DNA from: Thecamonas trahens ATCC 50062
Lineage: Eukaryota; Protista; Apusomonadida
Length of the DNA: 64,000 nt
NCBI RefSeq assembly: GCF_000142905.1
Contig: NW_013657651.1
Location: forward strand, 342,167-406,166
Direction: 5' to 3'
The notes below the pieces were generated by a model, which did not search any database, was not told the DNA's origin, and worked only from the letters and a program-made list of their open reading frames with translations. How positions within the stretch are numbered: the first letter of the stretch is position 1; every line of letters begins with the position of its first letter. Position numbers and translations under genes: made by a program. This document shows, piece by piece, positions 11,127 through 22,604 of this stretch.

Positions 11127-11957
11127 ATGATGGCAAAGATACTGGAGGTGCTCATTGCGACGGATGCTGAGCTTGCGATGTCGGCGTCAAAGTACATCGG
11201 GTGGTGTGTGAGCCTTTTGCTGGTGTTTCGGCTCTCGTACTGGGCATCGGACGTGTTTCCATGGGCGGGCCTCTCGCCGCGGTACGCCACGCTGTCAAAG
11301 TTGGACAAGATCGAGTGGCACTCGCGGGTGGTGTCGAACATCAACGCGGCGGTGTGTGTCATCGGCGCCGGCTACGGGCTGGCGTGGATGATGTGGGAGT
11401 CTGTGGCGGATGTGCCTGGCGGGTGGTATCGCATCTCGCCGCCGCTGCTGGTCATGACCTACGGCGGGCTCTGCGGGTACCTCATCCATGATCTGCATCT
11501 CATTCTCACGACGCCGTCGTTGTACTCGCTTGGCATGATGGCGCACCATGTGATCGGCATTTGTGGCTCGGCGTATGCCTGGTGGTCGGGACTGGCTGGC
11601 GGCGCGTGCGTCTTCTTCCTCCTCACCGAGGCCACCACGCCGCTCATCAACGCGCGCTGGTTCCTTACCAAGACTGGAGCGCGCAACTCGAGTCTCTACA
11701 CGCTCAACGGCGTGGCCATTTTTGTGGCGTGGACCTTCCTCCGCGCCTCGATGGTCGTTATTGCACCGATTGTCTTCTACCGCGACTGGCATCACTTTGG
11801 CCACGACTACCCGACCAACATCATTATCATCGGCACAACTGTCGCCGTCGGCTCGCTCAATCTCTACTGGTACTACCTCATTGTCCGCGGCCTCCTCAAG
11901 CTTCTTGGTCTCCGTGGCTCGGCCTCGAGCACCGCGTCGGCCAAGCGGCGCGATTGA
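11127..11957 (+). CDS. TLC (TRAM/LAG1/CLN8) domain membrane protein, TMEM56/FAM57-like
   Basis: EWHSRVVSNINA, GYLIHDL, MMAHH, LLTEATTPLINARWFL and LNLYWYYLI, with several TM helices. The exact start (11127, 11130 or 11178) is uncertain. Confidence 0.88.
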   Translation: MMAKILEVLIATDAELAMSASKYIGWCVSLLLVFRLSYWASDVFPWAGLSPRYATLSKLDKIEWHSRVVSNINAAVCVIGAGYGLAWMMWESVADVPGGWYRISPPLLVMTYGGLCGYLIHDLHLILTTPSLYSLGMMAHHVIGICGSAYAWWSGLAGGACVFFLLTEATTPLINARWFLTKTGARNSSLYTLNGVAIFVAWTFLRASMVVIAPIVFYRDWHHFGHDYPTNIIIIGTTVAVGSLNLYWYYLIVRGLLKLLGLRGSASSTASAKRRD

Positions 11958-12281
11958 ACAACTGCGTGCATGGCGATGGCAGCTGGGTCCGGGGAGCCAG
12001 TTCCTTGCCGATAGCGATAGCTGACATCACGACACGACGCAAAGAGTGTACGAGCGGCAAGCGCAGTAAATTGGAGAAATCGTCAATGTGCCGAGCTGCA
12101 GATACGGGGCGCGGGCTTGTTGGTTGTGCATGGCCGTCGCAACCTTGCAAAAGTGGCCGTCCGACTCGACAGCCACCCCCCCCGACCCCCGACCCCCCGA
12201 CCCCCGTCACCCCACCCCACCAGGCACAAGCAGCACAGTTCACAGGACACTCGACGTGAGCAGGGGGAAACACGGCTGGCA

Positions 12282-14624
12282 ATGACGCGTGCTACCCGAG
12301 GGCGTCGGTCTGGACGGGGGAGGTCGGAAGAAGCTGGGGGAGAGGGAGGCGGAGACGGAGGCAGAGCTGGCAGCAGCGGACAGAGTGTGGCTATGGAGGT
12401 GGAAAAGGGCGGACAAAGTGGCAGTGGCAGAGGTGGGGACACTCGTGGTGGCACTAGTGGTGCTGGCAATAGCCATGGATTCATCACAGCACCGATCACT
12501 CCGTATGCAGAAGTCAATGACGATCATCCCGGTCCGGGTGGTGCTGCGCTCATCCCGCACTCGACAGACATTTACGCCAAGGTGCAAGAGAAGCCGCCGT
12601 CGGAGAGTGATGCTGCTACAGGCACGACGAGGGAAGGCTTTGAGGGCTGGCCCATTGAGGACCTCTCCAATCTGATCACAAACTTGACGCTCATGGGCGA
12701 CGTGGCGGCGGAGCGGAAAAAGTACGCAGAGCGTCAGATCGCTGCGCTTGAGGCTGTCGAGGCGGCTATGGCCGAGTCGAATGGAACCGGCGAAATGTAT
12801 GTGGCGGCACATGCGGCGCGGGTTGCTAACGGGTATGGGGTCAAGTCTGCGGCGCAGCATCTGGAGAAGCTCAAGCTGCAAATCGACGGCGTAACCTCGT
12901 CGCGCAAGTCGGTCCGCACCAAGCGGGTTTCGCAGGCGGCACAGCTCGAGCCGATGAAGCGCTCGCTGTATGATGAAGACGACCCAGCGCTGGCTTATCT
13001 CCAGAACTCGCGGCCAGGAACCGGCGGCAAGGCGCCAGCAAACGCCGACGCGGCGGCGGCGTCGAGCGAGAATCGTCCAACAGCGCCAGTCGACAAGGGG
13101 CTCAAGATCAAGCTCCGGGTCCCGCGCGAGAGCGGCGGCAAGGGCGGCAAAGGCAGCAAGAGTGGCAAGGGCGGGAAGGGCGGGAAGGGCAAAGGCATCA
13201 AGAGCGGGCATGGGAGTGAGGCTGGCTCCAAGTCGCGATCCAAGTCGAGCAAGTCGCGGCGTTCGCAGTCGAAGCAGGCGCCTCTGTCGTGGCCCCGGCT
13301 GGACCGTCTAGTGGAGCGGTTCCAGAACGGGCAGTACCTGACGTCTGAAGAGCTGCTCGCGGCCGACTACACCGAGCGCGGCGAGTACGCGTTCTGGCAC
13401 TCGGTCGAGCCGTACTTTCGTGACGTGACCGATGCGGACATCGAGCTTCTTGCAGAGCACGGCATCCACCCGAACGACTCGGCGTTTATTGTGCCGCGGC
13501 TCGGGCGGTTCTACCGCGACGTGTGGTACGAACAGGACATCGAAGAGCACGAGGGCGTGTCCAAGTCGAAGCGGTCGCGGACGTCGCGGTCGAACACCAA
13601 CCGCGACTTGTCGTACATCAACACTGGCGAGCCGTCGCTTGCAACGCGGGTCCCGCCGCAGCCAATCTCGCAGCTCGCCGACGAGGCGCTCGAGTTTGGA
13701 CTCGGGCTGGTGACGTCGCAGCTTGCCGGTGCCTTTGTCGAGGGCACCGAGGTTGAGGCGCTCCCGTGCCGTGGGGCGGCGGCCAAGGCGGCATTCCCCA
13801 AGGGCCCGGCGTTTGGCTCCGGCGCGGGCGTGGCGGCACCGACTGCCATTGCGGTCCACCCGCCTGGTGCCGGGGCGCGCGGGCGCGGAGCGAGCGGCCT
13901 ACCGTCGCCGCGGGCGTCGCAGCTCGAGTCGATGGACATCGAGAGCGATACTGCAGCGTCGCGACCGGGCTATGTCCACTCGCGGTCCGAGGCCGAGGCG
14001 CTGGAGGATCGGATCACCATGGAGCTGCTCTCGGTGGGGATCATCGACCAGGAGCCGGAGGCCGACCTTCCCGAAGACGACGAGGTGTGTGTCGAGCTCC
14101 GAGCCATGCAGCACCAGCTCTCGATGTGTATCCAGGAGACGAACGCCAAGAAGCGGCACCTGTACAAGCGGATGCGGCTCCTCTCGCAGGAGCAGCGGCG
14201 AATCCGGATCCAGCGGCATGCGGCCAAGTTGGTCGAGGTGGCGTGCGAGCAGTTTTTGGCCATGCCGGCCGCCGACCGCCCGCGGGCGCACAACTACCTC
14301 CAGGTTGTACTCGACACTTGGCGCAAGGCACACTCTGCCGTGTCACAGCGCAACGCGCCGCCACCATCGCCGTTTGCACAGGCGTCGGGCACTAGCAGCG
14401 GGCGGGCATGGGGTACGGTCACGGCGCGCGAGCTCAATGCTCGCGCCATGCCGACGCAGGCCTCAGGCGGGCCGACTGGTATCCACGCGCCGCCGTCTCA
14501 TCCGGCGGCGGCGGCAACCCCAACATCCGCAGCCGCGCACTCCAACTCGCAAGCCCGGTCCGATCGGCGCCACGCCGCGTATGCGGCGGCGGTGGCCGCT
14601 GCCGCCGCGCGGCGAGTCACGTAA
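12282..14624 (+). CDS. TADA3: ADA3/NGG1-like SAGA/ATAC adaptor subunit
   Basis: FWHSVEPYFRDVTDADIELL, FIVPRLGRFYRDVW, LEDRITMELLSVGI and EDDEVCVELRAMQHQL match Ada3 domain hallmarks. Confidence 0.8.
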   Translation: MTRATRGRRSGRGRSEEAGGEGGGDGGRAGSSGQSVAMEVEKGGQSGSGRGGDTRGGTSGAGNSHGFITAPITPYAEVNDDHPGPGGAALIPHSTDIYAKVQEKPPSESDAATGTTREGFEGWPIEDLSNLITNLTLMGDVAAERKKYAERQIAALEAVEAAMAESNGTGEMYVAAHAARVANGYGVKSAAQHLEKLKLQIDGVTSSRKSVRTKRVSQAAQLEPMKRSLYDEDDPALAYLQNSRPGTGGKAPANADAAAASSENRPTAPVDKGLKIKLRVPRESGGKGGKGSKSGKGGKGGKGKGIKSGHGSEAGSKSRSKSSKSRRSQSKQAPLSWPRLDRLVERFQNGQYLTSEELLAADYTERGEYAFWHSVEPYFRDVTDADIELLAEHGIHPNDSAFIVPRLGRFYRDVWYEQDIEEHEGVSKSKRSRTSRSNTNRDLSYINTGEPSLATRVPPQPISQLADEALEFGLGLVTSQLAGAFVEGTEVEALPCRGAAAKAAFPKGPAFGSGAGVAAPTAIAVHPPGAGARGRGASGLPSPRASQLESMDIESDTAASRPGYVHSRSEAEALEDRITMELLSVGIIDQEPEADLPEDDEVCVELRAMQHQLSMCIQETNAKKRHLYKRMRLLSQEQRRIRIQRHAAKLVEVACEQFLAMPAADRPRAHNYLQVVLDTWRKAHSAVSQRNAPPPSPFAQASGTSSGRAWGTVTARELNARAMPTQASGGPTGIHAPPSHPAAAATPTSAAAHSNSQARSDRRHAAYAAAVAAAAARRVT

Positions 14625-14651
14625 ATGCATGGAAAACCGAGCATTTTTCAA

Positions 14652-14993
14652 TTACATCTGGTGGATCACCTCTTTGGCGCGCTCGATGGCGTGCAGGACG
14701 CCAGACGTCACAGTTGCATTGAGCGCCGTGAAGGCGGTGTCAAGCGACTCGTCGCATCCAAGCAAGCGGCGCTGGTCAGACCAAAGTGTGACGGCGATAG
14801 CGACAGCTAAGGCACATACAAACATGGCGACCTTGATGGGAAAGGCGAGAAGGTGGCGGGGAACGGGTGGCCAGGCGACAGCGTCGGCTTCAAAGCGAGT
14901 GACGAGCTCGGGGTGGTGGAACAGGAGCCGGGAGAAAAGAGATGTGTGATGGGCCTGATGAACAACAGCATGCACAGAGAGCATAGCCAGCAT
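14652..14993 (-). CDS. Small orphan membrane protein, paralog A
   Basis: ORF with a hydrophobic helix. Its C-terminal half aligns by eye with the ORF at 15284-15634. Confidence 0.55.
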   Translation of the reverse strand: MLAMLSVHAVVHQAHHTSLFSRLLFHHPELVTRFEADAVAWPPVPRHLLAFPIKVAMFVCALAVAIAVTLWSDQRRLLGCDESLDTAFTALNATVTSGVLHAIERAKEVIHQM

Positions 14994-15283
14994 AGCTGCT
15001 GCGCGGCGATCGCGCGTGTGGAGCAATCACAAGCGCGCACAAGGAGCAAGGCCGGCATTGCAGGTGCGGGCTGCACGATAATCGCGGACATGGAACATAG
15101 ACACCAGGCATTGAGGCGCTGATACGCACAGGCCAAGCACTGCAGCGAGCAGCAAGATGTCGGGCAGCGGAGTGCCGATGTGTGACGTCAGGCGCGTTGC
15201 CGAAGTCAGAGGTTGGTATGGGGAGGATGGAGACAGATAATCTTCGACAAACAGGGCCGATACGTGTCCATGGGCGCTGCGGC

Positions 15284-15634
15284 TCACATGTTGTTGAGAT
15301 GGCTCTTGAGTGAGGCCTTTGCCGTGGCCTTTGCATGGCGATAGGCATGTGTGAGGGTGACGTTGAGGGCCGAGAGGGCTTGATCCAGGTCATGATCACA
15401 GCCGAGATGACGACGATGCTTGGGCTTGAGAGTGGTAGCGGCCAGAACAACAAGGATGACAAGGAAGAGCGCGAGTTTGAGCGGATACGCCACAAAGTGG
15501 TCGTAGATGGTGGAGAAGACGATCCAAACAGCGGCGGCGGCGGCGGCGAGGACGACCAGTCCGACGGCCGGATCCCACTCGGAGAGGTCCTGACCCCAGA
15601 GCAGATCGAATACAGGCTTGAGACTCCACCACAT
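15284..15634 (-). CDS. Small orphan two-TM membrane protein, paralog B
   Basis: 116-aa ORF with two hydrophobic helices and an RRHLGCDHDLD motif shared with paralog A. Confidence 0.65.
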   Translation of the reverse strand: MWWSLKPVFDLLWGQDLSEWDPAVGLVVLAAAAAAVWIVFSTIYDHFVAYPLKLALFLVILVVLAATTLKPKHRRHLGCDHDLDQALSALNVTLTHAYRHAKATAKASLKSHLNNM

Positions 15635-15816
15635 GGTATGTGGGAGAGTGATTGCCGTGTGGTGTGAGTTTGGTGTGCGTGGATATGCCCTCTCGCGAGT
15701 GGTGTGCGTCGCCGTGAGCAGAGTATCCGACGGCCGTTGGTCGGTGTTCCGTCGATTCGATTTCGGCGGCGAAGGGAGGCCGGAGTTCGGAGGCGGGGCG
15801 CTTTAGCGATGGGGAA

Positions 15817-17734
15817 CTAGAAATCGTCGTCGTCGACGGCAAGGTCCTTGAGAAGCGATGAGAGTTGGTCGAGATCTATGTCGGTGGCACCGTAGTCGTC
15901 GCCGTCGTCAGTAAACGAGAGGTTGGTCAGCTCGCTGTCGTCAAAGCCGTCGGGGGAGTGGCCGATGGCAACGGCGGCGGCGGCGGAAGCGGCGAGCGAG
16001 TCGGCAGAAGCGGCGTCGTGGTCGACGAGATCATCCGGGTCGGTGGCCTCAAGAATGGCGTCGATGTTGATCGAGGAGACGACGCCCTCGATGGTGGTCT
16101 TGCGGCGCGAGGCGCGGAGCGGCTTGGACGCCACCGACGGCTTGGACGGCCGGCTGGCAAGCCGCGACTCCTTGCGCGGCGGCTTGGGCTTGGGTTTGGG
16201 GGGCGCCACAAACTTGGATGCGATAGCGGTGGCGGTAGCAGCGGCCTCGACGGTCGCAGCAACAGCCACCGGCTTGGCCCGCATGGCGATCGAGATCTTG
16301 CGGACGGCGGTCGGCTTGCGCTTGGGCGGCGGCGCCGGGGCCTGGCCACGGCTCTCCGAGACAGTGGACAAGCGCTCGCGCCTGGGCATCGGCTTGGGCT
16401 TGGGCTTGGGCTTGGGCTTGGGCTTGGGCTTGGGTGGCGCTGAAGGCGTCGGGTCGTCCGAGACGCCGGCGACGCCGGCGACGGCGGCGGTGAGGGCGTC
16501 GACGTCAATGTCCTCGAGGTCGACATCGTCCAAGCTGGCGGGATCGGCCACGGCGTCGGCGTCGTGTCCATCGACATCACCGTCACCGGGATCAACCATG
16601 CACGCATACGACGACACGATGCCGCGCTTGCCGGCCTCGTCTACAACCACAAGGAGGGACGGGAGGTAGACAGCAACAAGGCGAAGGACGTCGCCAAGCT
16701 CGGGATCTAGGACCGGAAGGCCCTGGCCGGCGAGGGCAGTGCCGAGGCGAGCGGCAACGTCGGCAGCGGGCACGGTGTCAACGACGGTGAGCCATGTGGC
16801 AACCGACCAGTCGTCGGCGTCGGCGTCGGTGTTGGTATCGGCGTCGTCGAGATCGAGGATGTCAATGTAAGCGGCCGGAACAAAGCCGCCACGCTTGTGC
16901 GGAGCAGAGGCGACCTGGATCCAGCCCGGGTTCTCGGCCTCGTCGCCGTCGACGATGACGACCAGCTGGCCGGCAACGAGGTCAAGCTCGGCCTCATCGA
17001 GAGCGACATAGTCGAATCGGGCAAGGCCGTACTCGATCCAGCTGGTGTGACCAGCGACGGGTGCGACGATGGTGAGAGGAATGAGCTCGCGGTCGAGGTC
17101 GACAACGGCGACTGTTGTCTCCTCGAGGCCATACATACGCTCGGCGGCATGTATGCTGTCGAGGAGGGCGGCGGCCTCGGGCACTAGCAGGTTGTGGTGC
17201 TCGAGCGCGGCCATGTGCGACGGAGAGCCAGCTTCGTAGGCCTCGGCGAGCCTGAGGATGTCGCTCATCTGACGGAGGAGCGATGCATGCTTCTCCTGTT
17301 GCATGGCGAGGATCTGAAGCTGGCCGGCCGAAGCTTCGACAGTGACAGACGAAGCCTCAATGCCGGACGACTCGCCCGGGAGCAATGCAGGAAAGCCAAG
17401 GCCGGTGGCGGTGAGCGAGGCAATGACTGGCACACCCATGCCTGCTAGTGCGGTGTTGAGGCGGGCAAGCTGGGTTCGGGCGGAGTCAGCAGCCGTGGCA
17501 ATCTCGGCCGAGACGTCGGCGTAAGCGCGCGACGAGGTGTCGTATGTGCCGCGGAGGCCAACAAGTGCTTTGAGCTGGCCTGCAATGCGGCGAAGGTGGG
17601 CGCGGGCGTCTTCGGCAAGAGCCTCGGGTGGGACGTCGGCATCAGGATCGGGAGTGGGCTCGGCAGAAGCGGGCGCGGGAGGGGGGCGGCCGACTCGGCA
17701 GTAGAAGAAGTGGCAGCTTCTGTGGGAGCGGCTG

Positions 17735-17772
<38 letters not shown>

Positions 17773-19067
17773 TCGGCGTCGGTGCCGGCGTCGGTAGCGA
17801 GCGCGTAAGTGGTGTAGGACACTGGAAAGACGCCGACGTCGCCGTTGATCATGCCCTCGGCCCAGCCGTCATCAAATACCTCGATGAGCAGGATCTTGTC
17901 GCCGGCCTTGAAGTTGAGCTCGTCGACCTCGTCGGAGATGTGGGCGTAGAGCGCCTGGACAATGCGCTCAGACGGCGAGGATCCGGCGAGGCCAACGAGC
18001 GAGGCCGGTGAGTTGCGGAGCGAGCTGCTGCCAGGAGCGGCGGCGGAGACCATGACGAGATCCTTCTGTAGCTCCGGGTTGAGAGCAGAGCGGTCAACGT
18101 TGCCGCGAGCGGCGGCATCGCGGGCGCGAGCGTGGATGGCAAGATACATGCGGAGCGTGTCAGCAAAGTGAAGCGCGGCCGAGGTGACGGCGACGAGTGG
18201 CGACGAGCGCTTGATGGAGATGGCCAGCTTGCGGTCCTCGGCCGAGACCTCGCGGATCGAGTCGAGCGGAAACGAGGCTTCGACGAGCCTGTCCTTGGCG
18301 GAGAGGACAAACATGCCGCGAGCAGAGATGCCAAGCAGCCGCTTCTTGAACTTGGACTTGGCGGCAGGGAGCGGGGCGAGGTCGGCGGTGGCCGAGCCGG
18401 GAGGAAGCGAAGAGCGGATGGGGATGACTTCCATGCCAAACATCGGATGGTTGCGGAAGACGTTGATGAGCGAGAGGCGGACGGTGTCGTCGGACATGGC
18501 CACTAGCTGGCTTTGCATGTCTGCCACAGACGAGTGGAGGACCTTGTCCTTGCGGAAGCGGGCGCGCCACTTCTTGGGCACAAACGTGGAGGCTGCGATG
18601 AGCTCGAGGAGCTTTGCCCTTCCTGCCACGCGATCGGCAGCCTCTGCCATAGCAGGATGGCCCAGACGAATGGAGGCAGCAACAAAGCGAACGAGCTGAG
18701 TCTTTGTCAGCGGAATGCGTGCCGAGAGAATGCGATGTTGCAAGTCCTCGAATTCGATGAGGATGTGCAGAGGGCGAGAGGGAGCGAGATGATACCAGAC
18801 GCGACGAGTGTAGTTAAGAAGCGGAGCAGAAGAAGGATCACGCATAACAGCGACATGATCGACGAGACCAGCGGCAGCCAGAGTCAGTTCCGGAGACAGC
18901 CAAGCCTTTCCATGCGAGATGCCATACTCACATCGCTCCTCATCAGCAATATCAAAGGCCTCTCCCAGCTCCTTGCCCACCACGCCCAGCTTGGCAAAGG
19001 GATCCACAAGCACAGTCCGGACGAGCGAGCCCACACACACCCGCACAGGCACCTTGACCGTAGCCAT
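15817..19067 (-). CDS. Talin-type FERM + SH3 + helical + SH3 (+ degenerate SH3) adaptor; one-base frameshift near 17683
   Basis: ATG at 19067. FERM F3-like HPMFG...KKRLLGISARGMFVL...SFPLDSIREV. SH3s: VQALYAHISDEVDELNFKAGDKI...GWAEG...GVFPVSY and ARFDYVALDEAELDL...PGW...GFVPAAYI. A PKPKPK proline tract and the C-terminus LDQLSSLLKDL follow. The two ORFs join across a C6 run. Confidence 0.8.
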
Positions 19068-19848
19068 GGTCGGACGTCGGAGCTTCGGGTTGGGTGACGT
19101 GCTAGTGGAGGTGGTGGAGCACGAAGCGGGGGTTGGACGAGAGAGGGAGGGAGGGGATGGGGATGGGGATGGGGGGATGAGGGGATGAGGGGATGAGGGG
19201 ATGGGGGGATGGGGGGATGGGGGGGTTAGGTGAGGTGATTGGATCGGGAGAAGTGTACACTGAACACAGTTCTGTTGATGTGGGTGGGTGGGTGGGTGGG
19301 TGGTGGTGGTGGAGGTGGTGGTGGTGGTGGCTGCGGGTGGAGGTGGTGGTGGCAGTGGCTGCGGGTGGTACGAGTTGGCGAGTTGGCGAGTTGGCGACTC
19401 GTCGGCTTGGGGGGGNNNNNNNNNNNNNNNNNNNNNNNNNNNNNNNNNNNNNNNNNNNNNNNNNNNNNNNNNNNNNNNNNNNNNNNNNNNNNNNNNNNNN
19501 NNNNNNNNNNNNNNNGAGGAAGTAAGACTTTTCTTACAGCAGACGATAAAGACTGATGAGAGGATCAAATCGGTAAAGGCCGCAGGGAGAACAATTCATA
19601 CCGAACAGTTTCCACAAGAAGATTGTATTCGACTTAGTCCATGTGTGACGTGTGGTCCTAATCCTTGACACCCATGTAGTCCATGCCGATGCGGTGCACC
19701 ATGCGCTCGACCATAAACGTCACTATCTCTTCAAATGTATCCACGACAGAAAATTTCGTTGTTGTGGGGGGGGGGGGGGGCAGACGTTGTCTTTGGTACT
19801 CCACTCCAGGCTGGCCAACTAGAGAGGAGGGGACCGAGACCGAGGAGG

Positions 19849-20349
19849 ATGGAGAACACGCAGGCAACACATGTGGTGTCTTCGGAGGGACTGGAGGAGC
19901 TGGTGAAGCAGATTGACCCAGCTGAGGCTCTGGACAACGAGGTGAAGGAGGTACGGGGTTTGAGAGGCTGAGGTGCGGACGGGAGGGGGGGGGGGGGGGG
20001 GGGGAGGAAGGGAAGGTACTCATGTAGGTATGAATGGACATTGATGTGGGTGTGGTGGCTGGTGGCTGGTGGCTGGTGGCTGGTGGCTCGGTGAGTGCAG
20101 GTCCTGTTTGAGATTGCCGACGACTTCATCGAGTCGGTCACCTCCTTTGCCTGTGCTCTGGCCAAGCATCGCGGCTCGGACACGCTGGACGTCTCGGATC
20201 TCAAGCTCCACTTGGAGCGTAACTGGGATATCCATGTTCCGGGCTTTGGTGGTGTGGACATGGACGTTGCTCAGATCCCGCCCGTCACCGACGCTCATCG
20301 TCAGCGCCAGGCCGCTGCCAAGGCCGTCGCCGACTCGATCCTCCCGTAG
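19849..20349 (+). CDS. TAF12: TFIID/SAGA subunit TAF12
   Basis: Exon 1 is 19849-19950 (LEELVKQIDPAEALDNEVKE), GT-AG intron 19951-20100, and exon 2 reads VLFEIADDFIESVTSFACALAKHRGSDTLDVSDLKLHLERNWDIHVPGF, the TAF12 histone fold. Confidence 0.95.
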
Positions 20350-20403
20350 AGAATGGCGGGCAAGTGAAGGAACTGATGCCATGGAGATAGAGAAAGTGTA
20401 TGT

Positions 20404-20447
<44 letters not shown>

Positions 20448-20631
20448 AGGGGGGGGGCAACCGGCATGTGCCATTTGCTGTTGCCCCTTTGGTCGACATT
20501 GACTAGCAGAGAGCAGCAGCATGAGGAGACAGAGTATAGGTATGGGCATAGGTAGGGGTATGGGTATGAGTACACTCAACTCGGTAGAGTGAGGCAGTAA
20601 GAGTAGCCACATACGTACATAGAGAGGGAGT

Positions 20632-22512
20632 ATGGCAAGTGCTGCAGTGGGTGCAGGGGAGAAGCATGAGTATGAGGTGGGCGATGAGAAGGTCGGCGGC
20701 GGACGTGGCGGGCATGGAGGCGGTGATGGTGGCGGGCATGGAGGTGGTGGTCGGAGTAGTGGACGGAGGAGAAAGAGAAAGAGACTGGGTGAGTATGTCC
20801 TGGTGCGTGAGGTTGGTGCTGGCGCTACGGGAACGGTTTGGCTCGCGGAACGGCGTGTGGAAGCGGGTCTCGGACCGCCTCTCTCGGGTGTCGTCATCCG
20901 TGGTGATGGGCGCCTGGTGGCTCAGGTGGCCATCAAGTCGATTGCAAAGGCAGAGCTGAAGCCAAAGGATCTGAGGAGGATTGCAAGGGAGATTCTCATC
21001 ATGCAACAGTTGAAGCATCCCAACATTGTTCAGCTCCATGAGGTGCTCGAGACAAAGACCAAGCTCCATCTGGTCATCGAGTACTGTGCCGGCGGCGAGG
21101 TTTTTGAGCATGTGGAGAAGCACGGGCCCATGACCGAGGCCTACGCCAAGGTTGTTGTCCGCCAGGTCGCCGAGGCCCTCAAGTACTGCCATCGTAACGG
21201 CGTGGCTCATCGCGACGTCAAGCTGCAAAACATTCTCATGGACGCCTCGCATCAGATCGTCAAGCTCTCCGACTTTGGCATGTCGTCGATGGACGTGACG
21301 ACCAAGAGCCTTCTTGCGACGGCGTGCGGGACGCCTTACTATGTGGCGCCCGAGGTGACGTCGGGCCAGGGCTACCGTGGCTTCCCGGCGGACGTGTGGT
21401 CGCTCGGCGTCTGCCTCTATGCGCTCATTGCTGGCCAATTTCCGTTTGACGGCACTTCAGTGCGCTCCGTACTGCAACGGGCGCGCGACGGTGTCTTTAC
21501 CATGCCCGGCAACGCGAGCGCCGAGCTTGTGGAGCTCCTCCGCAACACGCTCAACGTTGACGAGGACGCGCGGTGGACCATCGACGACGTGCTGGCCTCG
21601 GCATGGCTGGCCTCGCTCTCGGGTGGGCCGTCAGGAGGCCGGTCGGCACGGTCACTGTCGTCGGCATCGGCGTCGTCCCCTCCGCTGTTGTCGGCGACGC
21701 TGCCGCTGCCCGGCACCGCAGACGCCGCCGGCGGGCCTTCGGGCGAGCGCTCGGATGGCACTACCGACGACGACGAGCTCGACGACTGGGTGTGGATCGA
21801 CTCGACCTCGTCGGGCGCCATCAACACGGTGGACATTGCCAAGACGCGCGCCGCCGGGGTGCGGGTCGTCATTCCGCCACGCCACCCGCCGGCGGTGCCG
21901 TCGGCGCCGGCCCGCGCGCCGGTGGTGCCGTCGGTTCCGGTCCCGGCCATGCGAGCATCGCGGCCGTGGATGGAGGCGGGCGCACCGTCGATGTCGTCGG
22001 TCCTCTCGGCGTCGTCCGACTCGTCGGTCGCGTGGACGCCGTCGGCGGCGGACATGGCCCATGGCACGTTTGTGGGCACGCCGACGCTTTTTGCCGAGCA
22101 CCAGGGCCCGACGACAATGTTTGCGACGCCGCCGTCGACCGCTCTCGCGCTTCCGCAAACCTACGAGCCCGAGGCCAACATTGTGCTGCCCGACGAGCGG
22201 CTGTCAGACCGCGAGATGTATGCGTCGATCTCATCGGCATGGACCCACACGTCGTCGACCGACTCGCTCGTCTCGTCAGATGACGGCCACCTCGACCCTT
22301 CCATCCTCCCGGACCGTCCCGGTGGGCTCTGGGCCCGGCGCGGCTCAGGCTCGGGCTCGGACTCGGGCCTCGGCGTGCGCGGACCCGACTCGTCGTCGGT
22401 CTCAATCTCGCTCTCGCTCTCGGACGACCTCATCCTCGGGCCTGTTCCGCCGGCCGCCGACTCACCGGCCGCCAATCTTGCCGAGCTGCCGACGGCGCCG
22501 CCCAAGGTTTAG
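20632..22512 (+). CDS. Ser/Thr protein kinase, CAMK group (SNF1/AMPK/MARK/CIPK-like)
   Basis: GAGATG, VAIK, HPNIVQL, HRDVKLQN, DFG, ACGTPYYVAPE and DVWSLG, followed by a long disordered C-tail. Confidence 0.93.
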   Translation: MASAAVGAGEKHEYEVGDEKVGGGRGGHGGGDGGGHGGGGRSSGRRRKRKRLGEYVLVREVGAGATGTVWLAERRVEAGLGPPLSGVVIRGDGRLVAQVAIKSIAKAELKPKDLRRIAREILIMQQLKHPNIVQLHEVLETKTKLHLVIEYCAGGEVFEHVEKHGPMTEAYAKVVVRQVAEALKYCHRNGVAHRDVKLQNILMDASHQIVKLSDFGMSSMDVTTKSLLATACGTPYYVAPEVTSGQGYRGFPADVWSLGVCLYALIAGQFPFDGTSVRSVLQRARDGVFTMPGNASAELVELLRNTLNVDEDARWTIDDVLASAWLASLSGGPSGGRSARSLSSASASSPPLLSATLPLPGTADAAGGPSGERSDGTTDDDELDDWVWIDSTSSGAINTVDIAKTRAAGVRVVIPPRHPPAVPSAPARAPVVPSVPVPAMRASRPWMEAGAPSMSSVLSASSDSSVAWTPSAADMAHGTFVGTPTLFAEHQGPTTMFATPPSTALALPQTYEPEANIVLPDERLSDREMYASISSAWTHTSSTDSLVSSDDGHLDPSILPDRPGGLWARRGSGSGSDSGLGVRGPDSSSVSISLSLSDDLILGPVPPAADSPAANLAELPTAPPKV

Positions 22513-22604
22513 TCCCCTCTCGCAGCATAGGGCATCGGTCATGATGAATGTTTAACGGCGTCGGGCTAAGCAAGGAGATAGGGCGGTAGGATACGTGGAG
22601 GAAG

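Noticed and set aside
12282-20349. SAGA gene cluster (ADA3 + TAF12)
   Set aside because: Only two subunits, separated by unrelated genes. Chance is sufficient in a gene-dense genome.
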